Shown here one piece after another: positions 53,633-64,000 of a stretch of DNA of 64,000 nucleotides. The stretch lies in contig OZ024741.1 in assembly GCA_964016885.1 (NCBI GenBank), forward strand, positions 162,564,001-162,628,000. Direction: 5' to 3'. The translations under genes were made by a program, and so were the position numbers. This DNA is from Eledone cirrhosa (lineage: Eukaryota). Below the pieces are notes generated by a model. That model was not told the DNA's origin. It saw nothing but the letters and a program-made list of their open reading frames with translations, and made no database searches. Every line of letters begins with the position of its first letter. Position 1 is the stretch's first letter.

Positions 53633-53985
53633 TAGAGGTTCTCAAAGTGGTTGGTCGCTACAGCCCACTGAGGGCATTGAGAAGGCCCGGGGGGGGGGCT
53701 GAGGCCTAAGGTAGTGGGGGGGGGGGGAGTATAGATGATATAATAGTGTATTAAATATCAAATGATACATATATAATATAATAATTCAAAGTAAAAAATA
53801 TATAAAATTTATTTATACATAGTATATATTATATTATTTATTATATATAAATTGATGATTTTATTTATTATATATTATTTACAATTTGCGTGTAGGTAGT
53901 TCTCTCTGGAAATAGGGGTGGGGGTGCTGAGGGTATTACGTAGCCGGGAAGGATGGCGGTGGCCTCAAAAGTTTGAGAACCTCTG
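53633..53985. mobile_element. hAT-type MITE
   Basis: TIR TAGAGGTTCTCAAA / TTTGAGAACCTCTG; 8-bp TSD ACTCATCT / ACTTATCT. Confidence 0.85.
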
Positions 53986-54067
53986 ACTTATCTCTATCCC
54001 CAAATTGCGGGCCATGTGCCTAAACTAGAAACCATTATTAATATAGTATAATAATATTAATATATTA

Positions 54068-55348
54068 AGGACGGTGGATTGGCAGTATCGGTAGAGGGTC
54101 GGACGCCATGCTTTCCAGCATAGTTACGTCCCTTTACGATCTGAGTTCAAATCCCGCCGAGGTTGACTTTGCCTTTCATCCTTACGGGGTCGATAAAATA
54201 AAGTACCAGTAATGCACTGGGTAATTGCTGGCCTTGTGCCTAAAGTAGAAACAATTATTAATATAGTAGTTAGAGTGCCGAACTAAATATTAAATACTAG
54301 TTTGTTACATGTTCTGAGTTCAAATCATGCTGGAGTCGACATCTTTTCCAAATTTGCTAACCTCTAAAAACCCAAACGGGGAATACCATGAAAAAAAGTG
54401 CCCCAAAATGGGGAGAAATGAGGCAAAAATGGGGAGATTTTAGATAGTTAAAGCGAAACCATTTTCACAAGAGAAGACGGGGAGAACTGACAGGTCTGCC
54501 TTTTCTCCTTATGAAATCTGTAACTTTAATATTAATCGCGCGTACATCGGCTCGAAGGAAATCGACTTCCCATAGACATTTACGACTAATTATCTCCATT
54601 CTCATAACTGTTGCTGTTGTTGTTGCTATTGTTGCTGCTGTTGTTGCTGTTTTTTTTCTTTTTCTCATTTTCTTTTCCCATTTTTCCTTTTCTTTTTTTT
54701 TCTTCTTTTTTGCCCATCACATCAACCGCCAGTAAAACCAGAGACGTTGTTGTCGTTATCGTCAATATTTAACACTACCGCCACCACCATCATTTTGGCA
54801 GTATCGGTGGAGGGTCGGACGCCATGCTTTCCAGCATAGTTACGTCCCTTTACGATCTCAGTTCAAATCCCGCCGAGGTTGACTTTGCCTTTCATCCTTA
54901 CGGGGTCGATAAAATAAAGTACCAGTAATGCACTGGGTAATTGCTGGCCTTGTGCCTAAAGTAGAAACAATTATTATCATCATTACTGTTACGTTCTGTG
55001 TTCAAACCCCACCGAAGTCAACTGCCTTTCATCCTTCCGGGGCTGATATAAAGTGCCAGTAAAGTACTGGGATCGATATAATCGATTTTCCTCTTCTTCC
55101 AAATTGCTGACCTCGCGTCAACAGTAGAATTCACTATTATTATTGCTGTAGATTGGGCGGTGGATTGGCAGTACCGGTAGAGCGTCGGAAAACATGCTTT
55201 GCAGCACAGAGTTACGGCCCTTTACGTTCTAAGTTCAAATTCCGCCGAGGTTAGCTTTGCTTTTCATCCTTACGAGGTCTATAAAATAAAGTACCAGTAA
55301 TGTACTGGGCATTTGCTGGCCTTGTGCCAAAAGTAGAAACAATTATTA
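54068..55348 (+). mobile_element. Cluster of SINE family A copies (54068-54260, 54796-54976, 54990-55140, 55155-55348) plus MITE copy 4 (54349-54498)
   Basis: Family A motifs; the 54068 and 54796 copies are nearly identical. Confidence 0.85.
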
Positions 55349-55375
55349 TAATTGGTGTAGTTGCTGTGTTGATGT

Positions 55376-55905
55376 AACTAAAAACAAAACCTGTCAAAGG
55401 GCAAAGGAGCTCTTAAGAGTCAATGGCCATCCAAAATCACCGGGAGAGATGACCCCTTAGACTTTGTCAAGGCAAAATTCTAGGAGAAGGAAAACTCTGA
55501 TATAACACCTGCAACCCTGATGGTATCCAATGATGTTGACTTGTTCTTCTTTTTGTTAAATATCATCTTGGTTAAGAGAGTGGGAATGGCTTTGTGCAGT
55601 GCCTTTGCTCACTATAAAAGCTTCACGGCACAGGCATTGCTTTATATCTGGAGATCTCTCTGCACTTGTCGTCACATGGTACCATGGGCCCAGCACTATG
55701 TGTCAATAATTGTCACAAGTGTAGTGTTTGTACCAGAGGTTTCAAGTCGCTGGCTTGTCTAAAAAGTTACACTCGTTCAGCTTATCGGTAGGGGTTCTCC
55801 TACATGGATATAAAGTAGTGGCCGTACTCGAAAACGAGTTGGCAGCCACCATATATAAATGTATGTATGTATGTATGTATGTATGTATGTATGTATGTAT
55901 GTATA
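55376..55905 (+). mobile_element. Non-autonomous RTE-derived element (5'UTR-like body + RTE-like tail)
   Basis: Ends TGGCCGTACTCGAAAACGAGTTGGCAGCCACCAT then (GTAT)n; sister copy at 60018-60390. Confidence 0.75.
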
Positions 55906-56129
55906 GTGTACTATGTATGTATAGTGTACTATTATTATTATTATTATTGTTACTATTATTATTACATTTTTTTTTTTTTTTTTTTCAATTCAATGATGTT
56001 CCAGAACAATATAAAAGAGATAATTGGCAATTTAGGTTCTGGAACAAAAAAAGATAATTGGCAATAAGGGAAGGGGCCCCAGGTTATCACAGCCTGGGCC
56101 CGCTCGTCATCGTGCCATTGTAATAGAGC

Positions 56130-59100
56130 CAAACAAGGCATTTAGTCTTGGCTGCTGGAACGTACGGACGCTGCTTGACAGGGATTCCTTGGAGCGTCCT
56201 GAACGAAGGACTGCTCTTGTTGCAAAGGAGCTTCGACGTTACGATCTTGCCATCGTAGCTTTATCTGAGACGAGGTTAGCTGGAGATGGTCATCTTACAG
56301 AATGTTGTGGAGAATATACATTCTTCTGGAAAGGAAGAGATGAAGGAACGAGAAGAGAGGCTGGGGTAGGATTTGCTGTTAAGACTGTACTTGTGAATAA
56401 ATTAGAAGATTTCCCAGTAGGGATTAGTGAGCGTCTTATGTCCATGAGAATTCCGCTGGACAAGGGAAGATATGCGACCCTGGTGAGTGTGTATGCTCCA
56501 ACTATGAATTCTGTCGATGAAGAAAAAGTGTCCTTTTACCATGCCTTTAAAGGTGTTTTAAGAAATATCCCTCAGGCAGTCATCGTGCTTGGTGACTTTA
56601 ATGCTAGAGTGGGTAGGGATTTTAACACATGGAATGTAATCGGAAGGCATGGGGTGGGAAAATGTAACAACAATGGTATGCTCCTGCTGCAGATGTGTGA
56701 GGAGCTGGATCTATGTGTTACCAACACCATGTTCCAACAAAAGAACAAATTCAAGACCACATGGATGCATCCTGCATCTAAGGAATGGCATCTTTTGGAC
56801 TACGTCCTAGTCAGGATGCGTGACAGACAGGATGTGCAGTGTGTTCGTGCTCTTCGTGGAGCTGAGTGCTGGACGGACCACCGCCTGGTAGTGCAAAAGT
56901 GAAACTAATCACTAAACGTAAAATCCGGGCTCCTGGTGTTGCCCTGCGCAAAAGATTGAATGCTGCTCGTCTTAAGGATAAAAATGTGAAGAGGACATTG
57001 GAAGAAGAGATGCAGGCTGCAGATCTTGGTGCGGATTGGCCGACCCTTAAAAAGTCGGTTTATGATGTAGGCAGGTGTTTTCTGGGATTGGTGCAGAGAA
57101 AACATCAGGACTGGTTTAATGAGAATGATGTACATATAGAAGACTTGTTGGCTGATAAGAGGCGTGCTCTGTCACGCAACTTGACGGCAAAACCACAGGA
57201 GAGGAATACGTTGCATGAGGAACTCAAGGATGTAAAATCACGTGTTAGGCGGAGTCTTTCTCAGATGAAGGATCAGTGGTGGAGTGAGAAGGCTGGTGAG
57301 ATACAAACTGCGTCAGATTCCAATAACACAAAGCTGTTGTACAGTCTCTTGCGTGAGGTTTATGGACCGTCTTCTTCTCTGGTGACACCGCTTCGCAGCA
57401 AGGATGGCAAAGAACATCTTCGTGACTCACAAGGAATTCTACGAAGGTGGCGAGAGCACTTTGATGATCTTTTGAATCAGCCGTCTGTCGTCAGTGAAGA
57501 TTTCCTCAATTTAATTCCAGAGAGTCCTGTGAAAGTAGCTCTCGCAGAACCTCCGACGCTTGTGGAGGTTGCAGTGGCTATTTCGAAGCTGAACAGTGGA
57601 AGATCTCCAGGTATGTATGGCATACATGCTGAGCTCCTACAATATGGTGGTGAGAGACTCCTGCAACATCTTCACTCTTTGTTTGGCAGGATATGGGCTA
57701 ATGAATCCGTACCTGAGGACTGGAGAGATGCAGTAATGGTGGTCTTGTACAAGGGAAAGGGTAACAGGAATGATTGTGGGAACTACAGAGGTATATCATT
57801 GCTTTCTGTTGTAGGGAAAGTTTTATGTAGGGTGCTTCTGGACCGTCTGCTGACACACATTGCAGATTGTGTTCTTCCTGAAAGTCAATGTGGTTGTCGT
57901 GCTTGACGCGGCACTACTGATATGATCTTCTCAGCTAGACAGCTCCAGGAGAAGTGCATGAAACAAGGCTTGGATCTGTATCAGGTTTTTGTAGATCTGA
58001 CAAAAGCTTTCGATACTGTTAACAGAGATGCATTATGGAAGGTTCTCCAGAAACTTGGTTGCCCTGATAAGTTCCTTGCTTTAGTTAGGTCTTTCCATGA
58101 CGACATGAAGGCTTGGGTTAATGTCGGAAGTAACATGTCGGAGCCTATCTCAGTAAAAAATGGAGTGAAACAAGGGGATATTCCAGCACCGACCCTGTTT
58201 GCCATATACTTTGCAATGGTTTTCTGTATTGCATTCAGGAATTGCGAGCATGGTGTTTACATCCGATATCGAACCTCAGGCAGCATATTTAACATCAGGC
58301 ACTTTGCTGCAAAGACAAAAGTATTTACATCAATCATAAGAGACCTCTTGTATGCAGATGATTGCGATCTTGTAGCGCACACTGAGAGTGTGATATGCAG
58401 CACATTTTGAATGCATTTTCTGACGCTTGCACTGCCCTAGGATTGACTGTCAGTCTCAAGAAAACCGTCGTCATGTACCAACCTGCCCCTGGTAAGCAGT
58501 ACACTGAACCAAACATCTATGTGTATGGTAAACGACTTGGAGTGGTTGTTCAGTTTGTCTACCTGGGAAGCACTGTCAATCGATACAGCAACCTTGACAG
58601 TGAAATCTCACTTGGGATTAGGAAAGCAAGTGATGCTTTCGGAAAGCTAGAAAGGCGACTCTGGGGTCGGCGAGACATATTCAGGAGGACAAAGGTAAAG
58701 GTGTACAGGGCATGTGTGCTCTCGTGTCTTCTTTATGCCTGCGAGACCTGGGTCACATATCGACACCACCTTAAGCAATTGGAACGTTTCCATCAAATGT
58801 GTCTCAGACGGATCCATGGCGTTCACTGGAGGGACCACATCAGTGATGTCGAGATTTTGGAAAGCTCTATGTGTGACAGTATAGAAGCTCTTGTGCTTAA
58901 GCAACGACTCCGTTGGAGTGGTCACCTTGCCAGGATGAAGGATTCTAGAATACCAAAACAACTCTTTTATGGAGAGTTGGTTAAAGGAAAACGACCGCCA
59001 CATAAACCAAAAAAGAGGTATAAGGATTCCTTGAAAGCCTCTCTGAAAGACGCTAACATCTCTGCTGATACATGGGAAAATATTGCTGCTGATCGTAATA

Positions 59101-59701
59101 AATGGAGAAAGACTGTATATGAGGGAAAAGTTGCCTTTGAGGCATCTCGAATCGCATACGAGAAAGTAAAGCGGGATGTGAAGAAGGGCATTGCTGTTGC
59201 ACTTCCAGACGGCGAGGGTCCTCCTATGGTGCTGACATGCAGCGTCTGTGCGAGACTCTGCCTAAGCAAAGCTGGACTCGAAAGTTATCTTCGCAGTCAT
59301 AAAGTAAGACCAGTGGTTGACTACCAGGCTGCTGTTGGAGATGCTACTCATCATGCTTGCCAAACATGTGGTAGAGAATGTAAATCAGCAGGAGGGCTCA
59401 AGCGACATGCAAAAGTACACGAACTCCAACCACAGCCGACTATTCCCGGTGAATGTTTTGGTTGCCGACTCTGTGCAAGACATTTTAGATCATTGGCTGG
59501 TCTAAAAAACCACATTCGATCGCAGCGCTGTTAGTTGCTATCGTGTGTGTGTGTGTATATAGATATGTTTATGTGTGTGCGTGTATGTGTATATATATAT
59601 GTTTATGTATATTATTATTGTTGCTGTCGTTATTATTATTGTTATTATTATTATTATTATTGTTATTAATATATGTGTATGTGTATATGTATGTATGTGT
59701 A

Positions 59702-59774
<73 letters not shown>

Positions 59775-59865
59775 TTTTTTTATTTTAATTTAATTTTTTA
59801 TTTATTTATGAATTTTTTTCCTCGTGCAATGGCCATACTCGATAACGAGGGGGCAGCCATCATGT
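56130..59865 (+). mobile_element. Near full-length RTE (BovB-like) LINE: APE + RT + three C2H2 fingers; two frameshifts and one stop
   Basis: WNVRTLLD, ALSETR, VYAPT, LGDFNARVG, TDHRL; NYRGISLL, PESQCG, FVDLTKAFD, GVKQG, LLYADD, YLGS, RLRWSGH; 3' end followed by (GTAT)n. Confidence 0.95.
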
Positions 59866-60017
59866 ATGTATGTATGTATGTATGTATGTATGTATGTATG
59901 TATGTATGTATGTATGTATGTATGTATGTATGTATGTATGTATGTATGTATGTATCTATGTATGTATGTATATATATATATATGTATGTATGTATATGTA
60001 TATATATATGTATGTAT

Positions 60018-60389
60018 GTCTCATGGTCGGGTTGTTGGCGACTAAACTGGCAACCCCACCAAGGTTTCTTGGTGAGGAGGGTGACTTTGGACATCCTGCA
60101 GGACTAAAAACAAAACCTGTCAAAGGGCAAAGGAGCTCTTAAGAGTCAATGGCCATCCAAAATCACCGGGAGAGATGACCCCTTAGCCTTTGTCAAGGCC
60201 ATGGTACCATGGGCCCTGCACTATGTGTCAATAATTGTCACAAGTGTAGTGTTTGTACCAGAGTTTTCAAGTCGCTGGCTGCACTAAAAAGTCACACTCG
60301 TTCAGCGCATCAGTAGGGGTTCTCCTACATGGATATAAAGTAGTGGCCGTACTCAAAAACGAGTTGGCAGCCACCATATATGTATGTAT

Positions 60390-60390
<1 letters not shown>
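60018..60390 (+). mobile_element. Non-autonomous RTE-derived element, internally deleted copy
   Basis: Matches 55376-55473 joined to 55675-55850. Confidence 0.8.
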
Positions 60391-61370
<980 letters not shown>

Positions 61371-61404
61371 GTATTGAAGTTTCCGTTGAAAATTGAAAAG
61401 TCAT

Positions 61405-61905
61405 AGCCTTATTCCTAGTTCTTTCTATTCTATTCCAAAATTTGCTCCTATACAAGGGGCAGGTTCCATTTGTGTCATTATTTACCATTTTTTCCCATTT
61501 GGTTCTGGCTCCTCTATACACTCTGATTTTATCTCTCTGATTGTAACCAGAGAACTGCATACGGTGGATGAAGTGTTGTATGTGTCTCTCTAGTTCTTCG
61601 GGGTTGCACATGCGGGACACGTTTCTCATCACCCGTACCAAATCCGCAATCAGTATGTTGATTTTGGTATGATCCGAAACAGCTGAGTTTCGGTGGATCA
61701 GATATTTGGAAGTCATGGGTTTGGCATAATGGGAATGGAGGATTTGATTTTTGTTATTAATGGTATCTAACCAGAGATCTGTGTCTAGTACACGTAATCG
61801 ATGGTTGGGGTGTTTACTTGGGTAGTCTATAGTAACTCTAATACTCTGGTGGATGGAGTTAGTTATTTGCTGGATGCTTTCCATTGTGTTTTTCTCTAAT
61901 TCCTG
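61405..61905 (-). mobile_element. PLE fragment, same family as 37692-39440
   Basis: ORF 61348-61884 HYAKPMTSKYLIHRNSAVSDHTK nearly identical to 38100-38430. Confidence 0.9.
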
Positions 61906-61908
61906 AAA

Positions 61909-62022
61909 GTCAAGTTTGCAATTTTCAACTGTTAAAAATGTTCACAGTTGAAAATTGCAAACTTGACTGTCACCACAGAATATGAACCTGAAGATCGCGA
62001 AAGCATGAAAGTACTTGTTCAA
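61909..62022 (+). ncRNA. Hairpin plus minimal hammerhead motif (PLE-type terminus)
   Basis: 24-bp inverted repeat at 61909-61967; TGAAC-CTGAAGA...GAAAG-TA-CTT-GTTCA at 61983-62021. Confidence 0.6.
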
Positions 62023-62127
62023 TTAACACTTAACATTTAATATTCTACTATACTGTTTCATTCTAATACCTTTATACATTTTAATGGATTGTAAATAAAA
62101 CGAGTAAATCAGACAAAGTTGGAATTC

Positions 62128-62243
<116 letters not shown>

Positions 62244-62926
62244 CATACATATTTAATTGTAAAAGACTATTTTCAGTTTCTAACTCAATCTATGATATTC
62301 TAGGCTCCTTACGTAGAGCTAACTTTAGTCTTATAAACCCGGCTGCTATTCTTAGCGGCATGAGTACGAGACGTGATAGGCGCTGCGACATGTGCTTTTA
62401 TATCAGCATATCGTTCAGTCTTCTTAGATCATTTGAAGTGAAAGGTACGAATTTTCTGGATACCCACTGAAGAGAACAGGAATTGTGGCTTTCACTTAAT
62501 AATTCTTGCGGAACAGATTTAGGTCTGTCTGGGTATTAAAGGCTGTTTCCCGATATAGGTTTGTTGTTTTTATTCATTTATTACTTTAAATCGAGTCAGG
62601 GAAACCATATTGTTTTTAAATTAGTATTTTTTCAACCTAGCTAACTTGGTCATTTGCAATTGGAACACATGTAAACTTGTATCTGTGTTCATCCCTCTCA
62701 TATATCCAATTATATTACACGGCTCGGGGTGATTCCCTTCTTTAAGCTATTTAATTGTAAAAGACTATTTTGAGTTTCTAACTCAATCTATGATATATAT
62801 ATATATATACATATAAAGTATTCTGTCTCTTATATATTCCATGTGCCATTACCAACCTCAATTTTCTCTCTCTCTATATATATATATAAATTATTGTAAA
62901 TGACCTCTCTGAGTCTAAACTCTAAG

Positions 62927-63044
<118 letters not shown>

Positions 63045-63240
63045 GTATATATGTATATATATATGTATATATATATATATGTATATATGTATATATATAT
63101 GTATATATATATATATATGTATATATGTATATATATTCGTGTGCTCGGTAGGAGAGGGGAGATTGATATATATTCCATGTGCCATTACCAACCTCAATTT
63201 TCTCTATAACCTTCGTTTTGTGTAGTAAATTACACTTTTC

Positions 63241-63285
<45 letters not shown>

Positions 63286-63299
63286 GATATATATATATG

Positions 63300-63332
<33 letters not shown>

Positions 63333-63341
63333 GTATATATG

Positions 63342-63390
<49 letters not shown>

Positions 63391-64000
63391 CTACATATAT
63401 ACATATATATATATATATACATATATATACATACATATATATGTATATATATATTAGTTGTCTCCCCTTCCCGCTTCGTGTCGCTATGATACTTCCTCAG
63501 TCAAGAACTGCTGGAATTTCAAATTTGGCGGTCATTTGATGCGAGAAGGAGCAACTTAACAAACACGATTTTTGACTGCGGTAAGAATTTCTTTCTTATA
63601 TCAAAGTTTAATGGGCTTCCACTGATGATTTATAAGCACCCACCTAAATATATTCTTATATGAATATATATTAGGCTTCTACATAAACTGGAAATATTCT
63701 CCCAACTTGTAGAAAACTTATAATGAAACAATTGTTTGGAAAGAGAGATGTATTTTAACTTTAATTATATCTCATAAAATAATACAACTGGTTTTTCCAC
63801 ATTATACATATTGTTAGCACCCCAAACACTTAAATTGGGTTTATATTTAAATATAACCCAATGTTTGTTGAGTGAGATGGATACCAGTCAAAGTTTAGCT
63901 TTAAACTATCTCTGTTATTGTATTAAATATATATACATATATATGTATATATATATATATAAATATATATATATACAATATATATATACATAATATTCTA

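Overview
AT-rich, microsatellite-dense eukaryotic DNA made almost entirely of transposable elements. The tRNA-derived SINE families and LINE ends resemble those of octopod cephalopods (inference, no search run). Retroelements include several Penelope-like elements (PLEs), one with a near-intact YRDD-type RT+GIY-YIG ORF at 43076-45204, and a near full-length RTE LINE with three C-terminal C2H2 fingers (56130-59865). Also present are an L1/Tx1-like ORF1 with almost no ORF2, R4/Dong-like fragments, twin solo LTRs, non-autonomous Helitrons, hAT and 6-bp-TSD MITEs, and many SINEs. About a dozen hammerhead-ribozyme cores occur in PLE-type terminal repeats, including a 483-bp retrozyme-like tandem unit. 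The best candidate host gene is an unrecognised 415-aa Arg/Met/Cys/acidic ORF built from frame-preserving 57-bp repeats (52224-53471, minus strand). Two promoter-like islands are also visible. Most short ORFs in the track are microsatellite artefacts. Boundaries of degraded elements are approximate and read by eye.
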